Positions 1-13,400 of a stretch of DNA of 64,000 bases are shown in pieces. The notes under the pieces are model-generated. The model worked only from the letters and a program-made list of their open reading frames with translations. It was not told where the DNA came from and did not search any database. This DNA is from Hypanus sabinus (lineage: Eukaryota). The number at the start of each line of letters is the position of its first letter. The stretch's first letter is position 1. Location of the stretch: positions 144,832,001 through 144,896,000 of the forward strand of contig NC_082715.1 of the NCBI RefSeq assembly GCF_030144855.1. Direction: 5' to 3'. The position numbers were made by a program, and so were the translations under genes.

Positions 1-2396
1 TTGGCCCGACGGCGCACATCTAGCAGTCGTCGGACAGTGTATGCCGGATGGTTGTCGATGAGCCGGGCAGGGGGAGGAGTCTCAGCTGGGGGACACAAAG
101 GGAGACTGGTTTTAGCTGGGACACATGAAAGGTTTGGTGAATACGCATAGACTCGGGCAGCGTGAGGCAGACCGCTGTGGCGTTGATAATCCTTTCGACC
201 TTGAATGGTCCCAGGAAGCGGGGGGGGGGGGCGACTTTCCAAGGTTCGCATTTGAGCGGGATGTCCTTGGCGGAAAGCCACACCATCTGCCCCGGTTGGT
301 ACTCTGGTGCTGGAGTCCGGTGTTTCTTATTTCGTTTTGTCTATCTGAGTAGGGCTCTCCTCCCAAACCTTCAGGCGCCGATCAACATGGTCCCGCACCG
401 ACGGTACCGCAATCTCCTCTTCCTGTGCGGGGAACAGCTGGGGTTGGTACCCAAGGGAGCACTCGAACGGGGACCTCCCAATGGCAGAGCTCACCAGGGA
501 GTTGTGGGCGTACTCAACACACGGGAGATGGTCGCTCCAGGTTGACGGGTGGTTTGCCGTTACGCAGCGTAACGTCGCCTTCAGGTCTTGGTTGACCCGT
601 TCCGTCTGCCCGTTCGTCTGGGGGTGGAGGCCGGAATACAGGCTGGCCGTTGCTCCTAGGGCTCGACAGAAAGCTCTCCATACCTGCGAGACGAACTGGG
701 GATCCCGATCGGAGAGGATGTCCGCGGGGATTCCGTGGAGGCGGAGGACGTGGCGGACTATAAGATCTGCGGTTTCTTGAGGGGATGGGAGTTTAGGGAG
801 GGCCACAAAATGCAACGCCTTGGAGAATCGGTCTACCCGGGTGAAGACAGTTGTGTTTCCGCGGGAATGGGGTAGACCGGTGACGAAGCTAAAGCGACGT
901 GGGACCAGGGACGGCCAGGTACAGGTAGGGGACGGAGTAATCCCGCAGGTGGCCGATGGGAGGCTTTTCCACGGGCGCAGACGGAACATGCGGAAACATA
1001 GGAACGGGTGTCAGCGTCCATGGAGGGCCACCAGAAATGTCTCTTCAGGAGGGTCAGGGTCTGATCGTCTCCGGGATGGCAGGCGAAGCGAGAAGTGTGC
1101 CCCCACTGTAGGACCTGTGATCGAACAGTTTCGGGTACAAAGAGGCGATTGGGAAGTCCGGTGCCTGGGTTGGGTTGCATCCTTTGGGCCTTTGACTTTG
1201 GACTCGATCTCCCAGGTGAGGGCAGCTACTACACAAGATGTTGGAAGAATGGTCTCGGGGTTGGGAAGATCCTCCTCGGAAACGTGTTGGCGGGAGATGG
1301 CATCAGGCTTCCGGTTCATGGACCCCGGACGATAAGTGAGGGAGAACCTGAACCGGCCTAAAAATAATGCCTGGAGGAAATTCAGGCGTTTGGCGGTCTG
1401 GATATATTCAAGGTTCTTCTGGTCTGTCCAGACGATAAATGGTTGTTCCGCCCCCTCCAACCAATGCCTCCACTCTTCCAACGCCAGTTTGACCGCTAGC
1501 AGCTCCCGGTTCAGCGGGAGACAGTCGGCGAGAGAAGAAGGCACAGGGATGTAGTTTCTGATCCGGGCCCGAACGTTGGGACAGTGCCGCTCCCACCCCG
1601 GAGTCAGAGGCGTCAACCTCCACAATGAACTGACAGGAGGGGTCCGGTTGAATCAGAACGGGGGCAGGCGTGAAACGCCTCTTCAGTTCGGCGAATGCTG
1701 ATTCCGCCTCTGAGTTCCAGAGGAAAGGGGTGGCAGGTGAGGTAAGTCGGGTAAGGGGTGCCTCCACCTGACTGTAGTTTCTGATAAACCGGCGATAGAA
1801 GTTCGCAAACCCCAGGAACCGTTGGAGTTGCGTGCGGTCCGTGGGTTTGGGCCACTCCGCCACAGCCCGGATCTTCTCGGGATCAGCTCTCACCTGTCCC
1901 CCCTCGATGATATAACCTAGGAAGCTGGCTGAGGGGACGTGGAATTCGCATTTCTCTGCCTTTACGAATATTTTGTTCTCCCCCAGCCTCTGCAGGACTT
2001 GACGGACAAGGTGCACGTGTTGCTGGGGACTGCTGGAAAAGATCAGGATGTCATCCAGGTAGACAAACACAAAGCCGTTAATGAAGTCTCTTAGCACATC
2101 GTTAATCAAGGCTTGAAAAACTGCGGAGGCATTGGTGATTGTGTTGCCGAGCAAAGGGGCGTACCCATCCCAGGCTGTGCGGTTCGGTCAGACTGGGTTC
2201 TTGGAAGGGACGGAGTAAGGGTAGCGGATACCCGGTCAACCTGCTTACTGACCTTCTTTACATCCTCGGATAGGGCACGAAGATCTTTTATGACTTCTCT
2301 GAGTAGTTGATCATGTATGCCCAGTGGGGAGCCCTGGCTAACGAGGGCCTGTGGCACCGGTCCGTGTCCGCTGGGTTCATTCTGGCCAGTTCGTTC
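1..2396 (-). mobile_element. Ty3/gypsy Tf1/sushi (chromovirus) internal region, frameshifted, with gag-to-RT deletion; continues beyond window start
   Basis: Minus ORFs: [11 protein letters not shown] (1408-2154), RNase [15 protein letters not shown], integrase zinc finger [15 protein letters not shown] (833-1180), integrase core [10 protein letters not shown] (327-989), [13 protein letters not shown] (20-286); gag start MNPADTDR at 2380. Confidence 0.95.
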
Positions 2397-2774
2397 TGTT
2401 ACACGGGGGCGACGGAGGAGAACCCAAGTGCAGGACACTGGCATGTCGATTCAGTTGGGGAGGCTGGCGTAGACCTGAACGTAGAGCAGGAAACCAGAGG
2501 GATCTTGACAAGGAGATGGGATTCACAGGGACTCTCTAGAAACTAGAGCGGAACTTAGAACTAACGGTTTTAATCGGAGCAGGGAACGAAGTATCACACG
2601 AGAATTGACCAACGATCTGGCAACCTGTGATAGAGTCGTCCTCGCATTTATTTCTCAGTCTCCGATGTAAGTCAGGTGTACAATTATTGCGTAACTAGCA
2701 GCAATTGACTGAAATTGGGGCATGATCAGGGAGAAAGAAGTGTTAAAGGGGAACGGCCAACTGGAACCATGACA
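2397..2774 (-). repeat. 5' LTR (378 bp) of the sushi element
   Basis: Minus strand starts TGTCATGG and ends GTAACA, followed directly by PBS-position GAACGAACTGGC and the gag ATG. Confidence 0.85.
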
Positions 2775-3454
2775 TACTGGAGCGCGAATGCATACGTCTT
2801 ACCAGCAGTACAAAACAATCGCCTCCGGGATCTGTGCTAAGGGTAACATGGCAATTTGTAGTCGTATCTGTCTCAATGGCATCAGCCTTCTGGGCATTCT
2901 GTCCTTGGAAGCTACCCCTTCCCTTTCCCCCTTTTTTGGATGTGTTGTAGTTTCCAAACGTTTTGCCATCTTATCCTTTGCTTCAACCCACGTAAATCAG
3001 AATTCCACCAGGGGCACTTCTGGAAAACATTGTATCCAAGTCAAATTCTTGTTTAGTGACAGGGATAATTTACCTATCACAACTCTTGTTCTTCTTGACC
3101 TGCCTGTAGCTTTCGAATGTAATTAAACCGCTTAACGGAGAATTAATATTGATTATCCCCTTTATAATCTACCCATGTAAATGTGGCTCTAAGGAAAGGA
3201 AACAGCCGAGCCTGGTCTCGCTTTCCCGTGCACACAGATGTCTATCAGTTTGCATGCATGGGTGAAGGAAGTGTTGCTGATGATGTACCCGACAATAATT
3301 CGATTCTGGATTTCCATTGAGTATCTCCTACAACAATATTTTAAGGATAAGATTATTGGCCTTTAACAATAAGAACAACCTCCCCTTCTGTTAACTAGAA
3401 TACACTGGAACCTTTGATCCCAACACTCCCTGCCGCTAGAACATCGATTCACTT

Positions 3455-3740
3455 TTATGTTGCATTTGGTGTTCATGATGTGGTCTCCTCTATATTGGAA
3501 GAACCAAAAATAAGGTCAAGGTCTCCGTTATAGGACACATCCATTTAGTCCTCAATGGTTACTTTGCACTTTCAATTTGTTGTGCCGTTAATTGTCAATC
3601 CAACACTCACTTCAGTGCTTTGACATGTTATTCTATTTGAATGAGGACCAAGCTGAACTTGAGCAGCAGCATCTCACCTTCCAACTAAGCATGATGCAGC
3701 ATCCAAGGCTCAACAATTAAGTCCACAATTTCAGATAACC
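3455..3740 (+). mobile_element. Penelope-like element, GIY-YIG endonuclease C-terminal fossil
   Basis: Translates CIWCS*CGLLYIGRTK ... NEDQAELEQQHLTFQL...NFR*, matching the PLE GIY-YIG tail. Confidence 0.75.
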
Positions 3741-4079
3741 ATATTTTCCAGTTTGTGCCAACGAATTTGAAATGATGCCATCGGCCAATACAATTTTTTT
3801 CTATTTCCATAAATATTTCCCAACTTTGTGCATCTTACATTGCACAGTTTTTATGTGATTTTCACTCCCTGTGCTATCATTTAATCTTCTCTACTTACGC
3901 CTCCATCAGATAGATCAGCTTCAATCTACTACTGTTTATTTTGTGTCATTGTTAGTCGCAGTGCCTCTTAAGAGTGATTCAACATTCGTGATGACAGCAT
4001 AAATTGAAAATACTGCGCGATGAACAGTGATTGATTTGTTCTTTCAGTCTCATTCAGCACTACTTCCTAAGGTCATAGA

Positions 4080-4330
4080 GTCATGGATTCATGCAGCATG
4101 GAAGCAGAAACTCTGACCCAACTCGACTATGCCAGCTGTGTTGCCCTTCTGTCCCATAAACCTCTAAAGCTCTTCTACCCATGCACCGATCTCGAGGGCC
4201 TCGAAACGTTCTCAACAATCTTCCCGGCAGTTCAGTTCAAATGTGCACCATTATTTGTGTGAAGTTATCCCCTCTGCTGATCACATATCAGAGGCATGCC
4301 TGCATTGGCAGAACAGTTGAGCTGATCTAT
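4080..4330 (-). mobile_element. Old CR1 LINE 3' fragment
   Basis: Degenerate similarity to the CR1 3' ends elsewhere in the window. Confidence 0.4.
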
Positions 4331-5169
4331 TCCCTTCATGGCAGCCTGGATATTGAAACGCTTTGGCGATTACAGAGGGACCATTGGATTACATTGGAGG
4401 AACCATGAAGTCTGAGAGTAAGGGAGAGGACCCGAAGAGGAGTTGGAGAAAGTAGACTGCGAATTTGTTGTGAAATATTTTGATTACTTCTTAACTGATA
4501 TATAAAACCTGTGATGCAAACATATATTCACCTGAAATTGCTATCAATTCACTCTACAGGACAGCTGGCAACCCGTCAATACACAGCCCGGTACCACACA
4601 CATGCATTGTGTGAACTAAGCAATGGATGCAATTCAGCAGCAGAAAACACTTTCCAAAGAGGAGATTCTGAACAGATGTAGAATGCTATCACCATTACTA
4701 ATACAAATATGGTGGTTAGAGAGACTCGGGGACTGATAAATCATTAGAAACCTACAATTTCTACAATCACTACCAACATAAAATTCCTTTGAACTTTTCA
4801 AGTTTGTTGTACTTCTGAATATTATAAATGTGAATGCAAGAGCCTGAATAATCACTAGCATTACTTATTCAAGTTAATGACGTTTCAACTGAATTTATGT
4901 TGCAAAGAAAGGGAGAGTAAAAATGAACAAAGGGATTAAAGACCACTAAAGGCGAAATGTCAGAAATAGTGCCCTACTGCTGACCGAGAGTCTTGAGAAT
5001 CACAATTCATTTAACTGCAGGGAACGTAGGCGGAACTTGGTGAGAGAGAACTAAGGAAAGAAAGGTAAACTATTCTGGAATGATAGGATACAAAAGAAAA
5101 GGTGCAGTGTTAGGCTGAGGCATGTATCACAGAGGGTTTGAGAGGGTACATTTGGAAGATGACAAGGAA

Positions 5170-5700
5170 GAGTCAAGCACAAAATGCTGGAGGATTTCCA
5201 CAAGTCAGGCAACATTTATGGAGAGGAATGAATAGACGACGTTTTGGGCGGGACCCCTCATCAGGACTGAGAATGAAGGAGGAGAAGCCAAAAATAAAAA
5301 GTTGGGGATGCTGGAGGGCTGCAAACTGTCAAGTGGTATGGTTATGAATAATAAGTCAGATTCATTGCAAAAGGTCAAAATGTTCTAATGGAGAGGAGCT
5401 CAATAAACTAGAAAATGAATTACATGAAAGATGTGGCAATTTCTGCGATGGGAAGAAGTAACAAATTATGCAAGTTAGAGAATTCCCTAAGAATCCGGAA
5501 TGTTGCAACATGTTCAGAGGCAAAACATGGTGTTGTTCCTCTAACTTCCATCTGGCTTCATTATAAATGATGCAGAAAACCATTCGCAGATGGAGTTGAG
5601 TGGCCAGCAACAGGAAACTCAGGATCATTCAATTGCCAGTTCTCTATGCAATTAGACTCCCCAAAACGTGTGAAGCTCCCAGCTTTCTTGTCGTGGGTGT
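5170..5700 (-). mobile_element. Penelope-like fragment: GIY-YIG tail plus pLTR
   Basis: Minus translation NEARWKLEEQHHVL, followed by a pLTR motif cagtcctgatgagggg...gcctgacttgtggaaatcctccagcattttgtg. Confidence 0.75.
5234..5268 (-). ncRNA. Degenerate minimal hammerhead ribozyme motif (GAAA mutated to AAAA)
   Basis: AGUC CUGAUGA GGGG UCCCG CCC AAAA CG UC GUCU. Confidence 0.55.
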
Positions 5701-5874
5701 TCCAGACCCATGAATCTCGGCATTTATCAATTCTGTGATAGCTGGGAACCTTGTGGACTTCTCTCTTGGCTCAAAGATGAAGAGTTCTGACTCCGAAATT
5801 ATGCAAAAAGATCGACATCAAGGCTCTGGATGGACGACATCTGGGCATCGGCCAGATCCACCTTTATGATTGAT

Positions 5875-6655
5875 TCAATAGGTTCAAATTAATGTCAAAG
5901 AAATGTATACCATATACATCCTGAAATTGTTTTCCTTCGCAAACATCCATGAAAACAGAGGAGTGCCTCAAAGTGTGAATGCCAGTTAAATATTACTACC
6001 CCAAACTCCCCACCTCCTCCCACCTACGCATAAGCAGCAGCAAAGCGACGATCGCCTCTCCTCCACCAACAAAAAAAAGCATTTACACCTTCGACTGAAC
6101 ACTCAAGTGTGCAGCAAAGCATCAATACACAGACTTGCAGTACCCCAAAGACTTCTCGTTCACCCAGTAATTCGACGTACTACAGGCTCTCTTTCTTCCT
6201 AATAAGGGAAATAGAGATGTCCCGTTTCACAGCGGGATGAGAGACATAACAAAACAACTCGCCGATTTATGGTGTTAAAAGTCTGTTACGTCGCTGTTTC
6301 AGAGCTCTGTGCCCAAAGCACTCGGGTCACTGGGCACCCAACCAATAGCCAGCTCGCTGCTTTCGATCATCGTGTACTCCCACAATACATCCGATGGTGG
6401 CACCAACCTTGAATCTGTCCACCTCCAGAGCCCAGAAAATCCTGCACCCTGGAAGTGCACTAGTCTTCTAGGTCACGTCCTTGGCAGATCTAAAAGCGGC
6501 TAGACGTGAGGCTTTGAGAGCGGGATCCATTCCCCTCAAGAACGAAGTCAGCGTGTAACTCCAAAAGAACCCCTAAAAGGAAAAAAAAGATATTAAAGAT
6601 AGAAATGGAGTTGTTTCCGAAGATACAAGCAATGGAGTCGTCGTCAGGCGCCATC
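5875..6655 (-). repeat. Unclassified non-autonomous interspersed repeat with LINE-like tail
   Basis: Tail resembles the ones at ~25880-25945 and ~22630-22700; no ORF. Confidence 0.35.
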
Positions 6656-6699
6656 ATCCTAAGCTCCGCCCTCAGCTCAGTTTTACGTGAATTGCTACT

Positions 6700-7950
6700 G
6701 GTGCTTGGTCTCGTTTGGTGATTCCAACATAACCCTCGGATTGATTGGTCCCTTAAAGCACTCTAAGAGTGGAGATTGGCATGACTCTCTACCTGTATGG
6801 GTCGAGGTCAAGCTCCGGCCCGCGGATCCTCTTCTGTGTCAAACACTGATGTGGATCAATCTGGCATTCCGGCCAAATACGCTGATCTTGTTGAGTTTTT
6901 CAGTAAAAAGAAGGCCACCCCCCTGCCGTCACACTGGTCACCTGACTGCAACTTTGAAATCTTACTCGGTATTAGTCCTCCTCGGAGCTGGCTCTTTTCT
7001 CATTCTCTCTCGCCCAGAAACGGTGGCCATGGAATTGATCTTGGAGTTTATCTGTCAGTCAAGTTCGCCAGCAGAAGTGGGCTTCTTTTTTTGTGAGCAT
7101 GAAAGATGGCAGACTCCATCCCTGCGTTGATATGCCCCCCAAACAATATCACTATGAAGAACTGCTGCCCTCTTCACCTGCTTGCCTCTGCTTGCCGGGA
7201 GGATCATATTTTCCAAGATAAACATGCGCAACGCTTGTTACCTTGTTCGTATCAAAGAAATAGTTGAGTGGAAGACAGATTTCAGCACCTCCACTGACGG
7301 CTATGATTACATTGTGATGCCCTTTGGACTGGCCGGCGCCATCGCTGCTTCTCAATCCCTACTCTACGACGTGCTCAGGGACATGTTGAATCGGTGCGTT
7401 TTGGTGAATTTGGACGACACTCTAATCTTTTCCCGTTCCCACCAGTAACACGTCCAGCATGTCCGGAGGGTTCTCAAACGGCTCCTCGAGAATAATGTGT
7501 ACTCTAAGCCAGAGAAGCGTGAGTTCCATAAAGGCCAGGCGCCATTTTTGGAGCAAATACTTCCTACGTCTAGTGTTCAAAATGTGGTGTTCGGGTGGTC
7601 CAGACCATCTACAGTCAAACACGTGAGACGCTTCATGGGGTTTGCGAGCTTTTATCATGGTTTCATCCAAAATTTCAGCTCTGTTGCAGCACACATACAT
7701 TCACTCACCTGGATCAGCTCTGCAGGACTTCATTGGACAAACGAAGTAGACTAAGCATTCTCAGAACTAAAGCGACGCTTTACCACTGCTCCAATGCTGC
7801 AACGTCCAGACCTTTCATTGTCGAGGTGGATGCAGCCGATGTCGGCATCGGAGTTGTCTCTCTCAGCGATCTTCTGCGGATAGTTGGCCGCACCCTCGTG
7901 CCTTTCTTTCCCGTTTCTTAATTTTGGCCAGGCGCAATTACGGCCTTGAG
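6700..7950 (+). mobile_element. Degenerate sushi-like Ty3/gypsy pol (RT to RNase H)
   Basis: IFSKINMRNACYLVRIKE..WKT..YDYIVMPFGL..LDDTLIFS (7182-7448); FIVEVDAADVGIGVV. Confidence 0.9.
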
Positions 7951-8202
7951 AACCATGTACGCTTAGACCCAGAGAAAGCCTTGAGACCTGGGGCAAGCGT
8001 TGAGTGCGGAAATGACTTTGAATTTAGACTTAAGGAAAGCTCGGAGCGTGCACTTGTGTACCCCAGAACGTAGCCTCGAGGCATTCGAAACATAAACTCG
8101 AAACTTGGACTTCAGGATAGATGACATTCTGACTCAAAGCCGACCAATGTCAAAAGGCTACTGTTCAAGATCCCGTAGGTCCATTAATTGGTGGGATCCT
8201 TC

Positions 8203-8590
8203 TGTCACGAAGTGCGCTGGCATTGTGGAGGAAAGAGAGACTCGGATGTGGAGGCAGTGAGCAAAGTTTATTTGTAACAATTCCAACAGAATATCAGTGC
8301 CTCTGACAAATGACACCGCGATGCATAACATTCTCAAAACTGCGACCCCATGGTTAGCACTGATCAGGTATACACTTACATACTGTAAACTCCGAACCTA
8401 ACAAAATGAAATGAACAATATGAAACAGAAGGTACCAGGAGACCGCTTTGCAAAGAGCAAGTCACTCGAGGAAAACCAAGGAATGCTAAATGATTAATGA
8501 CTCACATTAAACAACAATTAACCAATGCACGTTCTCTTAAAACCGTGGAGACCCCAATGCTCTCCAGGTACCTGTGGAACCCTGTGAACT
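8203..8590 (-). repeat. Possible LTR of another gypsy element; right end uncertain
   Basis: TGTCACG terminus; on minus it is followed by GAAGGATCCC and a gag-like ATGGACC. Confidence 0.3.
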
Positions 8591-8799
8591 CATTACCTTA
8601 GTATTGCTGATGAGCATAAGGATCTTGATGTCCAAGTTTATAGCTGCCTGTAAATGGCTATACAGATTGAAAGGATGGTTAAGATACCATATGTCCTGCT
8701 TACCTCTATTAGTCGAGACACTAAGCTCAAAAGTGAGGAAATTATATTATAACTTTACCAGCGACATTTAATAAATGTTTATTCATTCATTTCTAATGA

Positions 8800-10498
8800 A
8801 ATGTGGTATTGTTGATATATGGCGCTTTCTACATCAGGCAGATAGAGAATATTTGTTTTTCTCTCATGTTCATCGTACGTATTCTAGAATTGACTATTTT
8901 TATTGATAGCCAAATGATTCCACTAGTTCGATCTTGTAAATATAAAGAGATTGTGCTTTTATCTTTAAATCTTCCTGATTTTCCTCAAACAGACAGTTTC
9001 TTGGGGTTTTAATCTAACTTTGTTATCTGACAAGGATTTTTTAAAGTTCTTGGAGAGACAAATTATTCTCTTTCTTGAAGAGAATATGGTGGAAGAGCCT
9101 TCTGGCCGTGTTTTACGGGATGCCTTTAATGCATATAATAGAGGACAATTAATTTCTTATGCTGTAAGTGTTAAGACAAAAGCTAATAAAGAGATAACTA
9201 ATTTAGCCAATCAGCTGAGACAATTAGACCAAGAATATGCCTTGGCTTCAGATCCTGTTCTATATAAAAGACGGGATGAAATTAAAACTAAATATGATCT
9301 TTTATTAACATATCCTATTGAAACTCAACTCCTAAAGGATAAAAGTAATTTTTACATTCATGGAGTTAAAACAAGTAAATTATCGGGTAACCAAATTAAA
9401 ACTTCTATTGCTAAACGACAGCTAAAGAAATTTGTAAAGCTAATGGTGTCAGGACAAATGTTCTTTTAGAAATAACTGATACCTTTAGAGAATTTTTATT
9501 CTAAACTTTGTAGTTCTGACCCTCCTAAAGATAATACTGTAATGAATAATTTTTTAGACCGATTAAATATTCCTACACTTTCTGTGGATAACCGAAAACA
9601 GTTTGATCAACCGATTTCTCATGAAGAAATTGCCGAAGCTGTACGTTCACTGCACTCAGGGAAGGATCCAGGTCCTGATGGATTTCCTGGAGAAATTTTT
9701 AAGGGTTTTTCTTCACTGCTGATAACTCATTTATGTTCAGTCTTTTCGGTTTATTTTAAGTTGGGTAGGTTGCCACAATCTTTTTATGAAGCTTCTATTT
9801 TGCTTATCCTTAAAAAGAATAAGAACCCAACTGAATGTCCTTCATACAGACCAATCTCCTTACTTAATGTTGATACTAAAATCCTATCTAAAGTTCTGGC
9901 TCATAGGATTGAAAATATCTCACAATTTATCATTTCTGACGATCAGACTGAGTTTATTAAAAATCAATATTCCCATTTTAATATTCACCATTTATTAAAA
10001 TGTTATCTATTCTCCTTCTAAGGAGATATCAGAATATGTGATATCCTTAGAAGCTGAGAAGGCTTTTGATCAGGTGGAATGGCATTATTTATTTAAAAGT
10101 TTAGAAAAAAAAATAATTTTGGACCCAATTTTCCCTCAATGGATTAAATTACTTTATTTATCTCCTTCTGCTCGGGTTCTTACTAATTCTCAGAATTCTA
10201 AACCATCTAAACTTCAACGTGGAACCAGACAAGGTTGTCCTTTGAACCCTTTGCTCTTTGACCTGTTCTTTGAACCCTTTCGGGTATCTAGTGATATCAC
10301 TGGTATTTTGTGGAAGGTTGCTACCCACAAAGTTTCACTTTATACTGATGATATTGCTTTTTATTTCCACCATTGAGACTTCGTTACATTCGGCACTTTC
10401 TCTTCTGTCTTGCGTTAGCCAGTTTTTTTTTTGGATATAAACGGAACCTACATAAAAGTGAACATTTTCCTTTGAATAATTTGGTATCAACTAACACT
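8800..10498 (+). mobile_element. L1-clade LINE ORF2, 5' part (endonuclease end and RT), frameshifted
   Basis: YSRIDYF, PGPDGFPGE, SYRPISLLNVDTKILSK, LEAEKAFDQVEW, RGTRQGCPLNPLLF, LYTDDI. Confidence 0.92.
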
Positions 10499-13400
10499 GT
10501 TGTGTGCATACATCTACTGGTACTTCTGGACACATCATCAATGATGTTTCTGGAATCATTGGGAGTTTCGGGTCTTTCAACATCATGCAACCTTCTCCGG
10601 GTGACCCAGCCGGAGCTGTTCAGACCCCAGCTTGTGTCCAGATGGCTCGCTACACATGACTCCATGGCTCCCCTCTCTTGAGCCACAGCTACCTTGAGGC
10701 CCTCTCTGCTGCGGTTGGCTCTCCTCTTCCTCTCTCCCTCAATGCCCAAATTGCTGTAGGGTCTGGCTAAGGAACGGGCTGCGAATCCCCTGCAACCAAC
10801 TTCCACTGGGAGACACCTTGCTCTCCATCCAGTCTGCTGGCAGTTGCTGACCAGTCCTGCGTACTTAGGTAACTTCCTTTCAAAGGCCTCTTCCAAGTGA
10901 TCTTCCCATGGGACTGTCAGCTCCAGCATCACCACTGCTTCGTAGACTCAGACAATGTCTGGTTGCAGGGTGGTGGCTGCGATAAGGTCGGGGAACCTCA
11001 GCTGCCTTTCAAGGTCCACCAACCACTGCCAGTCTCTTGATGAGGTCAGGACACCTGCAGATGTTCTTTTGGTGGGTATTGGTTGCTCCCCAGCTCTTAC
11101 AAAGGCAATGGTCTGCTTGGAGGGTCGGGACCACTTCGCTCACTCCACTCCTGCACTGATGGCTTCAGCGATGGTCTTCAGGACCTGGTCATGCCTCCAT
11201 TGTTACCGTCCCTCACCAAGTGCCCTTGTGCAGCTGCTGAGGATGTGTTCCAGGGTTCCTTGCTTGGAACACAGTGGGCACGTTGATGACTCTGCTTTGC
11301 CCCAAGTGTGCAGGTTTGATGGGCTTGGAAGCACATTGTACACTGCCTGGATGAGAAATTGGATGCGGTGTGGCTTGGCTTTCCAAAGCTCAGCCCAGGT
11401 CACTTTGCTTTCCACCGCATTCTCCCATCTTGTCCAAGCTCGCTGTTGCTTCATTCCCACTGCCTTGCAGGTTCTCGTCTCCTCCACGACTCCTGACCCC
11501 CTCCTGAGCTAGGTGGCGCCTCTCCTTCCCTTTGGTGGTGTCCATCTGAGGAGTTCGAAAGGATCCTAGCCCAGCTCTGCCTCGTGTGAACACTCCGACC
11601 TGCCTCCTGTGACGCAGCCTTTATTCTGCATCCTGAACAGCTTCCTCTGCCCTCCACTTCCTGCCAGTCCTCACTTGGATCCCTGCTCTAGCCACCTTCG
11701 GATCACTTGAGTCCCTGTACTGTACCACTTCTCTGGCTCTTGTAACGTTGAATTCCTCCAGAGTGCGATGCTGCTCAGGGTCTTTGGCAGCCCCAGCCAT
11801 CTTCTGAGGGGCTTACTGACCCTCCTCTCTAAGGTTTCGATTGTCGAGATCAGAGCTGCATAGACGAAGAGGGGCCACAGGATTCTGGGAAGAATGCCAT
11901 GCTGATGCACCCAGGCTTTGAACGTCCCAGGTAGGCCAGACTTGTCCACAGATTTCAGCCAGCTTGATGCAAGTCGCCTGAATGGATGTTGTGTCCCTTA
12001 GAGAGCTGTCAAAAACCCTACCTAAGCTCTTGACTGGCTTTTCTGTGATGGTTGGGATGGCTGTACCTGCAATGCTGAACCAGAACTTGTTTTCCACCTT
12101 GCCTTTCCTCAGCATCATTGATATTGATTTGGCTGGTTTGAAATGCATCCAGGCCCACTCCACCAGCTTGTCAAGGCCCTGCAGAATCCACCGGCAGCCT
12201 GGGACAGATTCTGTGGTGACTGTGAGGTCATCCATGAATGCCCTGATGGGTGGTTGCCATTGAGCGGAATTCATTCTGGGCCTTCTGCACTCTGTTTCAG
12301 CAGACTTAGTGAGCATGTTCATGGCTAGGGAGAACAGTGTCACTGAGATTGTGCACCCTGTCATGATGCCAATCTCCACCTTGTGCCAGATTGATGTAAT
12401 TCATTCTGAAGATACCCTCACCCTGAAGTTGCTGTAATAATCGGTGATAAGGTCTCTGATTCTGCTGGGGACATGATACTTGGTCAGTGTGAGCTGCACC
12501 AGCTTGTGTGGAATGGAGCCATATGCATTTGCCAGGTCGAGTCACAGCACTGACAGGTTGCTCTTGTTCTCTCTGGCCTCTGTGATGAGCTGTGTCACCA
12601 CACAGGAGTGCTCCAGACAGCCCGGCATCCCGGAAATGCACATAGGGAGATGATGCAGAATTGGTCTATCTGGGTGGCATGTTCCTTCTTCGGGATCCAT
12701 ACCCCTCCAGCGACTCTCCACTGTTCTGGGATCTTCACAGAATCTTCCACAGACGCAATAGGAGCCTAGGGCAGTTCTTGTACGCTTTGTACAAGGTGCT
12801 GCTTGGTCCTGGAGCCGAACTTGCCCTTGCTTTTCAGACGACCTCTCTGACTTCCGTTAGCTGCAGCCCTGACATGTCGAACTGCTCATCTGGTTCGGGC
12901 GTCTGTCAGGATGTTGCACTCTCCCAACTCTTGCTCTCTTTCAGGATCACTGTATACCTTCTGCAGATGTTGGGCTATGTCTTCCTGTGAACAGGCCAAT
13001 TTCCCACTGCGCTACTGCCCCAGCAACTCCTTAGTGAACTTGAAAGGGTTGGTGATAAAAGCGGCATGTTTCTGGGCCCTTTCACGATGCCGTCTCTGAT
13101 GCCACTCTGCCCGGCGGAGAACCCTGATCTTCTCTCGCAGTATGCACATCAGGTGGGCCAAGCCGATGCGCTCCACTTCTCCTGTCCCCTTGTACTGGGA
13201 CTTCAGTGCTTTCGACTCCTGTCTAATGTTGTGGATCCTCAACGCTCTTTGGTTCTTTGAGTAAGGTGTTCTGGACCCATTCTTCTCTTCTCCGAACCGT
13301 TCAGCTGCAAAGCTGACAATGAATGTTGTTATGGCCTGCAGCTTCCTATCGACTTCTCCCTTCGCTGTTTCCTCCAGAATTTGGTTGACATCTTCGTCAA

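Noticed and set aside
820-1335. Long plus-strand ORFs over the gypsy elements (also 10955-11512 and 32859-33197)
   Set aside because: Antisense shadows of GC-rich TE coding sequence with no independent motifs.
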